DNA of 64,000 nt from Lytechinus pictus (Eukaryota). A program made the translations under genes and the position numbers. Below the pieces are notes generated by a model. It saw nothing but the letters and a program-made list of their open reading frames with translations, did no database searches and was not told where the DNA came from. How positions within the stretch are numbered: position 1 is the first letter of the stretch; each line of letters opens with the position of its first letter. Shown here in pieces: positions 25,996 to 37,908 of this stretch. Where the stretch lies: the NCBI RefSeq assembly GCF_037042905.1, contig NC_087245.1, positions 2,792,001-2,856,000 of the forward strand. The letters run 5' to 3'.

Positions 25996-28204
25996 TGTCA
26001 GGAAAGAAATTTAATTACAAAATGTTTCAGTTTAAACATGTGTTCAACATATTTACTTGTCCAGGTTAGGGTTGTCTTGTAGACAAGCATATACATATGT
26101 TTTGAATGTTTCAAAAGCAAGCGTTGGAAACGTTTGATACCCCCCCCCTCCTAGAGTCCAAGATCAGATGGATGCCATATTTTGTTCAAGTGTTAGAAAT
26201 ATTTCGTTCTAGCTAAGCATCTTCATACAGGTGTCATAAATAGTTAATACTGTGCTTTAGCATTGATGAATATAGGTGTACAGATACACAGGAAGTGTCT
26301 TTTATTAATAAGAATGTGTTGCTTTATGCACTCATCTGCTATTGAAATTCTTTGGATTACTTTATATAAATTTTTCAGTTAGTCCTAGTAACGGTAGGTT
26401 ATATTAGGAGGTTAATTTCAGCAATTCAGAGAGAACCACCAAAGCTAGAATAGACTACAGATGATATTATAGGCAGTCCAAGTTAAAACTGAGGGACTAC
26501 GTCGGTGACGAGATAACGACCCCAGCTGCCGCGGCACAGTGGGCCGGGGCGAAACAAAAGTGCGCCAAAAGTCATTTTGGGCAATTTCAGATTTTTAATT
26601 TTTGTCATGCCCAGCTGAAAGACAACACTTTGAAGAATGCTTCAGCAAAATATTTCATTCCGGAATTTGCATAAAGGTTGTTAATTTCCTACCTCAAATC
26701 GTAAAATGTGACATTTTGCGAAATGTCGCGTATATGACAACCTAGTTAAAAAATAGGCCATTTCACAGGAGGTTTTTCATGTAGGAATCTGAAATGGCTC
26801 CCACATTACCCTGATATATTCTTTTTTTCGTACGAATGGGTTCAAAGTAGATAAAAGACACCTTTCAGGAGTTTTAAAGGATGAGTATTCCTCGAAATAG
26901 GCTGAAAATCCATGTTTTTTGCATTTACATTAGAAACGTTTAGATTTCCGTGGATTTCCGTCTAAATTCTATAAGCATCATTTTCCCCGATGTCTAAGCT
27001 TTAAGTCAATACCAAATTTAGCTGCCCGTTTTTGCCCGTTTTCATATTAGAGCCGAATTTACTTGACACAATACCCCAAAAACCTGTTAAAAAACGGTCA
27101 TTTTTATATCGCGCAGTCATCGTAGCGCACCGTATGGGTGTACATTGCCGTTCGCTTTGCACGGCGAGGACGATTCCCCTTCCATTCCATGAAAATGACA
27201 TGAATTCCGGGCATAATGTTAACAAAATAATAGTTGCTGACGCAAAAAAGGGCTATACCCACAACTCTTCCAGAGATAAAACTTATGGAATAATTTCAGC
27301 CAAAAACCGTCCTCATAGTAATACATTCGTGGTGTTATATACTCTGCGTTTTACACAAGTCAAGTTAACACAGCTTGATAAAGCACGGTTAATATTTTTC
27401 AGATTTTTTTTTCATAAATCTAATTAATGATCATTTTGATGCTTTAAAATTATTTTCGGCATCTCATACACACTTTTTGGGCATGTGAGAAGCATAAACC
27501 AACATTAACTCTTGTCAGTCTTAAAGTAGCACATAACACAAAGTTTGTATACTACACATTGTTCAGTGTAATTTGTCTTTTTACAGATATGTTTTAAGTA
27601 GCCAATCAAAATTTTGTATCAAGGTGACGTCATATCGGCTTTAAATTATGCTCAGTCGATTCTACACCCAAAATTGCCCATAATCAACATATTAAAGCAA
27701 AAATATAACACGGAATATAATTTTGGCGCACTTTCAACTCATTCTGGCCCACTGTGCGCCGGTTCTCCACCGACATGATTGGTCAAAATTCATGTCATCA
27801 TCGGGGGCTCGATCTCGTCCAATAATTCGTTGAAGCCACATCTCTGATCTGAGGGCTACTCATCAGGGGGCAACTGTCTGCGGAGGCCGAGGCCGAGTGG
27901 AAGAGACATCGCAAGCTGCGGAGGCCAGGAACTGGACCGACCACCAGGGCCGAGTGGGGCATGTCAACCCAGAACAGATGATGTGGGCTCTATTCAACTA
28001 TTGTTTAAGTTAAGTTATATTTTGTTATATCCATGTATATTTCATGTACAATCATTGTAAAAGAATCAAAAGGAAACCACAGAATGACAAAAGAGATTTG
28101 ATTAAATCTTTTTAATAACTGTATTCATCAGTTTTACGTATTCTTTATTTGGTGTCAAGCAGCAGTAGGTAAATAATTGAAAAAAAGTCACTTCCCATGT
28201 GACA
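25996..28204. mobile_element. Solo LTR (~990 bp after removing the nested insert)
   Basis: TGTCA...TGACA termini with an exact 5-bp TSD GTACC at 25991-25995 and 28205-28209. Confidence 0.7.
26535..27756. mobile_element. Non-autonomous Transib-like transposon with RSS-like TIRs
   Basis: Both ends read CACAGTGGGCC-N9-AAAGTGCGCCAAAA. The GC-rich 5-bp flanks are CGCGG and CGCCG (4/5 match). No transposase ORF is present. Confidence 0.75.
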
Positions 28205-28870
28205 GTACCTCACAATTTTCCCACAAAGTGCTTGAAATACAGAGCTTAAATTGATCCTTTTTCAGATCAGAATATAATATATTTTTAGCTCGCGCTTCGC
28301 GCTCGCTTTATTGATTTTCATGATAAGAAAGGTATTTAGAGTACCCAAATTCTAGGTCGAAATCGAAATATGCGTTTATTCAGATACGCAGCTTGTTCTC
28401 TATTTAAATCATTATCCAGTTTCAGATCACAATATAAAAAATTGTCTGCTTGCGCTTTGCGCTCGCATTGTTAATGTAGGAAACTTTCCAATTACTCTTC
28501 CTTTTCATGATTTACAAAACAGGAATAGAGTGTCCAGAATTTTTCCGCTCGCGCCTCGCATCAATTGTTTAGTTATATACTTCTCCTTTTGACGATCACA
28601 AAAAGTGTCTAGAATTTCCATTCTTCAGGTAGAAATGTCAACATTTTTAGCTCGCGCTTCGCGCTCGCACTATTTGATAGTTAAAATATGTAACGTCTTC
28701 ATGGCTAACAAGCAGCCGTTAACAGATCCTTTTTGTGATCAGATCAAAACGTATATTAAAAATAAATAAAAAAAGTTCTGCTCGCGCTTTGCGCTCGCAT
28801 TATTAATATAGGAAGATTTCCAATTACTCATCCTTTTCATGATTTACAAAATATGAATAGAGTGTCCCAT

Positions 28871-29976
28871 TTTTGTCTCTCCTGCATAGCAGAGTGAGAC
28901 TATAGGCGCCGCTTTTCCGACGGCGATGGCGGCGTCAACACCAAATCTTAACCGAAGGTTAAGTATTTGGAATGACAGCATAACTTAGAAAGTATATGGA
29001 CATATTTCATGAAACTTAGCCATAAGGTTAATCAAGTATTACTAAACATCCTGCCTGAGTTTCATGTCACATGATCAAGGTCAAAGGTCATTTAGGGTCA
29101 ATTAACTTAGACCATGTTGGGGGAATCAACATCAAAATCTTAACCTAAGGTTAAGTTTTTGAAATGTCATCATAACTTAGAAAATATATGGACCTAGTTC
29201 ATGAAACTTGGACATAAGGTTAATCAAGGATCACTGAACATCCTGCATGAGTTTCACATCACATGACCAAGGTCAAAGGTCATTTAGGGTCAATGAACTT
29301 TGGCCGAATTGGGGGTATCTATTGAATTACCATCATAACTTTGAAAGTTTATGGATCTGATTCATGAAACTTGGACATAATAGTAATCAAGTATTACTGA
29401 ACATCCTGTGCAAGTTTCAGGTCACATAATCAAGGTCAAAGGTCATTTAGGGTCAATGAACTTTGGCCAAATTGGGGGTATTTGTTGAATTACCATCATA
29501 ACTTTGAAAGTATGTTGGTCTAGTTCATAAAACTTGGACATAAGAGTAATCAAGTATCACTGAACATCCTGTGCGCATTTTAGGTCACATGACCAAGGTC
29601 AAAGGTCAATGAACTTTGGCCATAATGGGGGTATATGTTGAATTACCATCATTACTTTGAAAGTTTATGGATCAGACTCGTGAAACTTGGACATAAGAGT
29701 AATCAAAGTATCACTGAACATCCTGTGCGAGTTTCAGGTCACATGATCAAGGTCAAAGGTCATGTAAGGTCAATGAACTTTGGCCACCTTGGGGGTATTT
29801 GTTGAATTACCATCATATCTCTGTATGTGTATTGGTCTAGTTCATAAAACGTGGTAATAAGAGTAACCAAGTATCACTGAACATCTTGTGCGAGTTATAG
29901 TAGTTTTCAAAGTCAGCACTGCTGCTATATTGAATCGCGTGATGCAGGTGAGACCGCCAGAGGCATTCCACTTGTT
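28871..29976 (+). mobile_element. Helentron-associated (DINE-1/pearl/Tsp-like) element with ~160-bp internal tandem repeats
   Basis: Subterminal inverted repeats GTCTCTCCTGCA (28875) and TGCAGGTGAGAC (29943), a short 3' hairpin GCCAGAGGC, T-rich insertion site and a central tandem array. Confidence 0.7.
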
Positions 29977-31318
29977 AGGTTTAAATCTCGAATTTTTCAG
30001 CTCGCGCTTCGTGCTCGCATCAATTATTTAGTTATATATTTATCGTTTTCCATTCTTCAGGTAAAAATGTCAAAATTTTCAGCTCGCGCTTCGCGCTCGC
30101 ATTATTTGATAGTTGAAATATGTAACGTCTTCATGGCTAACAAGCTGCCGTTAACAGATCCTTTTTTTATCAGATCAAAACACATATTAAAAATTTCTGC
30201 TCGCGCTTCGCGCTCGCACTTTTTAAATAAGGCTTATGATATTATATGAATATATAGCTTAGAAGTGACTATTAGGACTACCCTTCAAAGAAACAAGTAA
30301 AAAGTAACTTCGAGCGGCCAATCGGAGAAAATGTGGCTGAAAAAAAAATTCCGCCCCCCCCTATTGGCGAAGGCTGGATCCGCCCCTGCTACTGTTGAAA
30401 CATTTACTTTCATCAATAAGGGCAGGCCTTTATTTATTTCTTGCCTGCGCTCTGATTACAACATACTGCATTCATCCAAGATAATATAATACCTTGTAAC
30501 ATCGTTTCATTAGTGTTCATATATTTCTTTTCACATTCTATTCTGTTTGTCGTCCCTTTCTAGCTAATAAAACTCGCTAGGCAGCGAAAAAGCTTATTCG
30601 CGAAAATATAATTGTTCATTAAGCTGGAAATTGGTGACTCTTATGAGAGCTGTTTGGTCGTAACAAAAATTGGATGACAGCGTCAGTGTTGGCTTTGCAA
30701 TCAAGCAGTTTTCACCCGAAGCTTTCCTCTTTACACATATAGGATAACCTTTAAACATGTAGCAGTGCATTGTTATTCGACAACGTCGTTGCGAATCAAA
30801 GCCTTTTTTAGAACATCAACACGGTAGTTGATGTGCTTCTGAAAAAAGTGGAAGGATGTAGGCCTACTCGGCATCACATTCACGCGAAGAAGAACTGTGC
30901 TATACACTTAATACAGACGGCATTTAACTTTGATAGTTTTGGTGCAGAGTAATAACAATTTATCATGTGTTTTGAATTCTCACTATTCTTTTTTTTCCAG
31001 GGAACTGCCATGTATACGTAACACCCAAGTTTATTAATCGAATATATTAAACAATTTATGTAATAAGGCGAAAGGCGTGAGGATAGAGAGAGCTCTACAA
31101 CTAACAGTGGGTCAGGACAGTGACATTCAACAACATAAAGGCTTAAGCATAGATTACCTTTTACTATCAATGTAAATTCCATGATATATACTTCATAACC
31201 AGAGGGATACGTCTGTGTGTAACTTTGAATTATCCTCGACCTCTTTGTTAATATTTCATCTTTGTAAATAAAAAATAACTTGTTACCGAACAATTTGTTT
31301 TGATTAATTCTTAGGACA

Positions 31319-32323
31319 ATGGAATCTAACGGCATGGTAACTTTATGCCAAATACTTTTGAGCATATTCAGCGGCTTTAACTTCTGTTCCTATATCTTCA
31401 TCATCGTGTGCATAATACGACATCCTAATCTTCAAACCATCACCAATTACATTCTGTTCTCGACGGGTATGGCTCATGTCTTATTTCAGTTTATGTGTAT
31501 CATCTTCATCTTTAAAACGGAGGACATTTGTTCCATTGGCAATCCTGTGATTTTTGTTGCAGTCATCGTCATCGGCATGATCGCTGTCTTTTATAACACT
31601 GTTCTAGTTACGATAGAAACTTATCTCAAGGTATGTTATCCCTTCTTCTATGCCCGCTTCATAACTGACCGGAAGTGTTTCGTTTCGTTGATATGGATCT
31701 GGATAGTGAGCATTTGCTCGGGAGTTACGGCCGGATATTTCTTAAAAAATGATAACAATAGTACATGCCTCTTTTATTACATCATGAGCAAAAGCGGTGG
31801 CAATGTGGCTTGGACATTGAACGCATCACTTATACCATCTTTGTTAATCATCACTGTCTTAAAGATTCTGGTAATCCATACTGCGAGAAAACAGGCCATG
31901 AGAATAGAACCGATTAAACCAATAGGGATTCAAGATAAGCAACGTAAAGGTTACATTGTCGAACAACTACAACTTAAATTCAAGAACATTCGCAAGAGCA
32001 CATTCAATCTCGCGATCTTTGTAGGGACATACATGTGTGGCTGGGTACCTATTCTTATCACCGTAAATGTCTGTGCGTTTAGACACTGTCAAGTGTCTGA
32101 TGAGGCTACGGTAATCGCTTTCCTAACTGTGGCAAACCTGACATCAGTAGGACCACTGGTATATACTTTAAGACAAACAGAATTCTCTCGCCTGCAAAAG
32201 CTCTATCGCCAACAACTAAAAGATTATGTGTGTCGACACTCAGGAGAAATACGCGAAAGGGACCGAAGGGTTCGGGTTAACGTTGTCATGTCCAAAGAAA
32301 CAAAAAACACTGAGTTTGGCTAA
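31319..32323 (+). CDS. Single-exon class A (rhodopsin-like) GPCR, 334 aa, putative chemoreceptor-type
   Basis: Seven hydrophobic segments; LQTITNY (ICL1/TM2), ETY...YPFFY (DRY region), ARKQA after TM5, GWVP (TM6), GPLVY (NPxxY region). Confidence 0.9.
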   Translation: MESNGMVTLCQILLSIFSGFNFCSYIFIIVCIIRHPNLQTITNYILFSTGMAHVLFQFMCIIFIFKTEDICSIGNPVIFVAVIVIGMIAVFYNTVLVTIETYLKVCYPFFYARFITDRKCFVSLIWIWIVSICSGVTAGYFLKNDNNSTCLFYYIMSKSGGNVAWTLNASLIPSLLIITVLKILVIHTARKQAMRIEPIKPIGIQDKQRKGYIVEQLQLKFKNIRKSTFNLAIFVGTYMCGWVPILITVNVCAFRHCQVSDEATVIAFLTVANLTSVGPLVYTLRQTEFSRLQKLYRQQLKDYVCRHSGEIRERDRRVRVNVVMSKETKNTEFG

Positions 32324-32494
32324 ACTGAAACTCAGTAATACTCACGGAACACGCATCATAGTCAATCAATTAATCAATGAATATGCCAAGTCATTTGTAT
32401 TTCAAAGATCTACGGATAAACTTTTGAATCTATTTTGTCTCTCATTGATCGATGTATTAATAAATTCAGATTTTAATTACGTCTATAGCCCAAT

Positions 32495-35006
32495 AATGTC
32501 TCCAAAACAGACAGTGGTAGCTCAGGCCATCAAAGAGTTACTGGGCAGTGATGACTTTGAAGAAACTCTCTCTAAAACTGCAACGCGGGAAGGAGACCGA
32601 CCAGTTATAATTAAACTCCAGTCATTTGCTACACAACAGAAGAAAGTAAAAAAAGATAATACAGGCATAACCATTCAAGAAGATCTAACAGAAAAGAATA
32701 GGGAATTGCTTCAAAAAGCATACAAACTCTTGAAAAAAATGAAAGTCAGTGGTGCTTGGTTTTCATATGGAAATATATTTGTGTCGATTCCAAATAGAAC
32801 TGGAAACCCAAGGTGGAAGCAAATCACCTGCAAAGAAGATCCGACAAAAATTTATCGAATACTTGATCAATCTGTTTAAAATACTTTAGACAAATCGTAG
32901 GAACATTTTTTTTTCTTCTGATGATTGCTTGATGCATATTTCAAGTCGTTTTATTCTGCACCATGTCTAGACTATATTACATCACTTTATAGGCCTACAT
33001 CAATTTGAATTTCTAATGTTTTTCTGATCACCGTTTTTGTGCTTCTGATAAGACTATATTCAATGTATGTCTTTTATGATGGGTGTGTAGTACCTGGTCA
33101 GTTTGGAATTTCAGAAGATAGTTTAGAACATTGAGTACTCAGTCAACATTTCACGATGATGAAATCATTGATTGAGTGCATGATATTGATTCTTAATTTA
33201 TATTACTCCCCAGACAGTCTCAATGCAATATTCAAAATTCGAGAAACCTCTCATGAACTGCCGTAGCTCGAATAAAAAAATGGAGCTGTATCAAACTTTT
33301 TATACATAGTAATTTGTTAAAAATTTGATGTTATTGCTTTAAGTAAACAAAAATTATGTTATTTCTTTAGGTGAAAAATGGCTCACTGATGGGCTGAATT
33401 CTATATTAACATTACCTATCTGCATTTTATGGGAACAAACGGAAAAACTCGTGGTGGAGGAGTTGGTATTTTTATTAAAAAAATGAAAATACCGTAAAGG
33501 ATCGACAGGATTTAAATGTATGCAATAATAATACAGAGCTTCACTGTGGTGAATTTGTGCAAAAAGGTAAAAACATTTGTTGTAGCTGTTGTGTATAAAC
33601 CAACAAAAAAGGGTAGGGATGCTTTATTTCAGAATGCTATCCAAAATGTGAAATGAAAATAAACGAATATACTTTTAATTTGAATCTACTAACCATGAAT
33701 ATAAAATCGAAATATAAATTTAATAATAAATGCACATTCTTTTTATCCTATTCTTACAAACCTACAAGGATAGTGTAGTCTTGCACCACATTAATTGATT
33801 TTCACAAATGAAAAGGGTTGGATTGAAAAAAGTGGTATATTCTAGCAGATATCAGACCATCTACCTACTTGTATATTTGTTCTAACTTTATGAAAATGTT
33901 CACGTGACTCTGTTTTTCATGTTATGTCTGAAAAAAAAGAAGATTATTCTCAGTTTCGAAATCACATAAGTAAAATATCCCGGGAGAGTGTCATAAAAAG
34001 TGTCACGGCAGAAGTTGCATATGACAGGTTTATGATTATTTTGAATGACATCTTTAATATCTCTTTTCCAATAGTTAAAAGGAAAATTTATAAACACAAA
34101 TGAAAGCCCTGGCTTACGCAATTTGAAATTAAACACACAAATTATAAAAGGTATCAAAATATTCTTATAAAAACCATTCGAATTGCCAAACACGACTATT
34201 ATACAAAGAAAATTTATGATGATAAAACAGATGGAATTTTAGAAAGAACGAAGAAGAAAACCACGCCTCTAAACTTCAATACAAATGACGGTTGAGTTAT
34301 CGATGAACGTACTGTAATAAGAAATAGATTTAATCAATACTTTGTAAATATTGGAACAGAATCTACTGATTCATCAAATATTAATATTTCTCACCGTTTC
34401 AGTTTCTTGAAAAGTCATGTTTCGCAATCTATGTATTTAAAACCAATAGAAGAATATAAGAAATTAAAGGTATTTAACAAGTTAAAGCAGAGGGAAAGTC
34501 CTGGTCATGATCATATAATTACCAGGATTGTAATTAAAAAAAATAATGTTACCACTTCATCATATATTCAACTTGTCATTTGAATCTAGTCTGGTACCAC
34601 AGAGTCTTAAATTAGCAAAAGTATCACCCATATTTAAAAAGTGCAATGAAGATATTTTTGTAAAGTATCACCCATATTTAAAAAGTGCCATGAAGATCTT
34701 TTTGTAAATTACCGCCCAGTTTCAGTGTTACCTGTATTTTCAAAAATTCTTGGATGTATAAACGTTTGCTTTCAATTCTAGAGAAAAATATCATTTTATT
34801 AAATTTTCAATATATAATTAAATCTGGCCATTCAACCATATTGGCAGTCACCGACTTCTTAGATCAGGTTGCCGATGCTATTGACAATACGAAACATACC
34901 ATTAAATTATAACTTGATATTTCAAAGGCCTTCGATTGTATCAATCATCAATTACTAATAAACAAATCAAAATATTATGAAATTCGAGGGATAATGTCTT
35001 ACTGCA
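32495..35006 (+). mobile_element. Decayed CR1/L2-like LINE: ORF1 C-terminus plus endonuclease and N-terminal RT
   Basis: ORF1-like ITIQEDLTEKNRELL...AWFSYGNIFV; ORF2 motifs GGGVGIFIK, SDHLP, KSPGHD, NYRPVSVLPVFSKIL and DISKAFD, with frameshifts. Confidence 0.8.
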
Positions 35007-35595
35007 TTAAAGGGATGGTCCGGGCTGAAAAATATTTATATCTTAATACATAGAGTAGAATTCACTGAGCAAAATGCCGAAAATTTCATCAAAATCGGAT
35101 AACAAACAATAAAGTTATTGAAGTTTAAAGTTTAGCAATATTTTGTGAGAAAAGTCGTCATGAATATTCATTCGGTGGGCTGATGATGTCACATCTCCAC
35201 TTTCCGTCTCCTTATGTTACTACATAAAATCATATTTTTTCATTATTTCATACTTGTGTGAATAATATGTCTTTCTTATAATAAAATAAGTTGCAGCAAT
35301 AAATATCTAATGCACTAAATCAGTTGTCAATCCAATTTTCTAGTTCTTGGAGGACAAAATTTGAATAAACCTAATTTCATATAATAAAATACAAAAGAAC
35401 AAGTGGGGATGTGACATCATCAGCCCAAGTAATGAATATTCATGACGACTGTTTTCACAAAATATTGCTTAACTTTAAGATTCACTAACTTTGTTATTTG
35501 TTATCCGATTTTGATGAAATTTTCGGCATTTCACTTAGTGAATTTTACTATATTTATTAAGTTATAAATACTTTCAGCCTGGACCATCCCCTTAA
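35007..35595. mobile_element. TTAA-flanked palindromic MITE (Kolobok-type)
   Basis: TTAA-AGGGATGGTCCGGGCTGAAA...TTTCAGCCTGGACCATCCCC-TTAA with long inverted arms. Confidence 0.85.
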
Positions 35596-35598
35596 GGA

Positions 35599-36040
35599 TT
35601 ACTTAAAAAACAGAAGACAATCTTGCTTATTAATATCATACATATTAAGTAAGGACAGTTTCTTAAATAAAGGTGCGGATGGTGCTAAGTAATGGGAATT
35701 GGTAATTATTCTTAAACATTTCTTTTGAATTTTGAATATTAAGTCCAATTCATATGAGGTTACATTGGTAGCCCAGACAATATTGCAATATTTTAAATAA
35801 GGGAAAATTACGGAATGGTATAGAGTTATCAAATTTTTATGAAGCAAACTATGCTTAAGTTTGTAAATTAAACCGGTATTCCTACTTCTCTCATGTAATA
35901 CATTTATCATATGGTACTTAAAACTCAAAAGATTATCCAATGTGACACCGAAAAAGTTAATGGAATTACTTAATCCAATACGTTTATTGTCGATATAAAT
36001 ATGAATATGAGCGTTGTCAATAGGATTATAATTATTAGAT
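35599..36040 (-). mobile_element. LINE ORF2 C-terminal fragment in inverted orientation
   Basis: LYHSVIFPYLKYCNIVWA...IQKKCLRIITNSHYLAPSAPLFKKL, typical of the post-RT region. Confidence 0.8.
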
Positions 36041-36438
36041 TTGTCAGTATGGGTTCATGTTAAAGATTTATATTTTTGTGAATATACTTGATTAGTTATT
36101 GCCGTGGTACGATGGTCATTATCATTATCATTATTATCATCATCATTCATATTATTATCATTATGATAGTAATCATATTTCTTAATCGCCACCTGCAGAA
36201 CAGAAAAATAATAATCTGTAAAGTATGAGTACTAAACTAATGACATATATGTCATCATATATCACTATGGTTGTGGAGGTACTCTATCCATTACAACCTA
36301 TTATCTCTAACGGCATGATTTTTCACGGAAAACACCTAATACTGATTGTTTATTAAGTGCAAGAGATGGATGGGTACATGTAAAACGTGCAAATAGAATA
36401 CGACATGTATAACGTATTTGCACTTAGCCTTCAAACTA

Positions 36439-37419
36439 CAGTGCGTATCAAAAAAGTTTACACTTTGAAAAAGCTCTGGGAATTCAAAAATATACAACAT
36501 GTGCGTATTTTTTTCACATATAATCTTGGGTTTGGGTCTCATCTATCCAATGAAAGTAAAAGTTCTGACAGAATGTTACACTTGAGTGAGCACTGTCCAT
36601 TTTTGTAAAGCTCGCAGAAATCTGTTTGCGCAGAAATGCTCTTTTTCACGCTGTGTCAAGGGGAAAGGGCGAAATCAAACTTACCCTGCGAAACATTTCT
36701 CATACATTTCCTTTGCACTTTTAGTCAATTGAAATAAAACGGATACATTCAAGCATTTTGTAACAATTTTGCCACCCAAATTGAAATTTCAACATTTATT
36801 AAGCACAACCTTTATCCTTTTTGTGCCAGCTGGATTTTGATGACATAACTGAACCTGAACAAAAGTTTATATCAGACATCTCCAGCATGTATTCACTGAG
36901 TTTTTATCATTTAAAGTGGGTTTACATTTCATTTTTCATTTAATACTTGTTTCTCCACACTTTTCCCAAGCTTGACAATGATTAACAAAATTAAATTCAA
37001 GCCTAAGCCATTTCATGTAAATCACAGCTCAGTGTAAAGCAAATATCGTCTCGATGGCCTCGGTGTGTGGGGGAGTGGGGTGGGGCGCAATGCACTCTTC
37101 GAAGTGTTTTGGGCAAGGAAACAAGTTTAAAAAGGTAAAAGATATCTTTAAATCAATTTTGCTAGCTAAATTCCATGTTTTCTTCATGATTTAGGTCTAC
37201 TTTTATTTACTACTTCAAAGTTCTACGCAAATAATTTTTCACTAAATTTTCAAAAGTAAGTGGTGCTCACTCAAGCGGAAATATTTTTCGACAGTTATAT
37301 CGTCATTTGCTTAAATAGATCTGTACCAATGTTAAAATGTGGAAAAATCTTCATGATATTAGAAATATATAATTTTACAGGATTTTTTCAAAGTGTAAAC
37401 TTTTTTTTGATACGCTCTG
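36439..37419. mobile_element. Non-autonomous Tc1/mariner element
   Basis: TA-CAGTGCGTATCAAAAAAAGTTTACACTTTGAAAA...TTTTCAAAGTGTAAACTTTTTTTTGATACGCTCTG-TA. Confidence 0.85.
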
Positions 37420-37908
37420 TATAGTTTAACCGAGAATGGAAAATGAGAGAGAGAAATGAAGAATGGAAAAGCAATGAGTAGGAAGATAGAGAAAAAATAT
37501 GCAAAAGGCCTCCCGTTAAAGCCTCTGATGGTAAAACCCACAAAGTTCATGTTGTTATTTCAGTAAATTAATAGATTGTATAAATATATATGTTCTAACC
37601 ATGTATGATAGGGGGATATGAATATAAAACGTGTTTTATTGGATTAATTCTCACATTTTACATAAAATTTTATTTTTTATCGGTCGCACAATCAAACTAC
37701 AATAAATGTGATTTTTTTTATATACAATGTCTTCCCAAGCACGAAAACGGCTTGACATGTTAGGATATATCTTCGTCTGTATCATCTATCTGCTATCCAA
37801 TGCACTACACATGTATAAAATTGAATGCTCAAATTGCCTTTTCTAGGGAAAATAAAAACTTCAGAGGGCGCTAGATATCCCGAAAATTAAATTCTGATTT
37901 CCACAGTG

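Larger units (their letters stand above)
25089..30388. mobile_element. Large non-autonomous TIR element with internal GCTCGCGCTTCGCGCTCGCA repeats, host of three nested insertions
   Basis: TIRs CATAGGCGGATCCAG / CTGGATCCGCCCCTG, with a 6-bp duplication CTACTG at 25083-25088 and 30389-30394. Confidence 0.8.

Noticed and set aside
27032..27427. 131-aa ORF as a Transib transposase remnant
   Set aside because: No recognisable DDE or RAG1-core motifs.
28250..30220. CRISPR-like array from recurring GCTCGCGCTTCGCGCTCGCA
   Set aside because: Eukaryotic context, irregular and mutually similar spacers, and no cas genes; these are internal transposon repeats.
30880..31365. 161-aa minus-strand ORF
   Set aside because: No recognisable domain; it overlaps the GPCR start in antisense and is probably chance.
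32226..32879. 217-aa ORF as a host gene
   Set aside because: It overlaps the GPCR end in another frame, and its C-terminal part is LINE ORF1-like.
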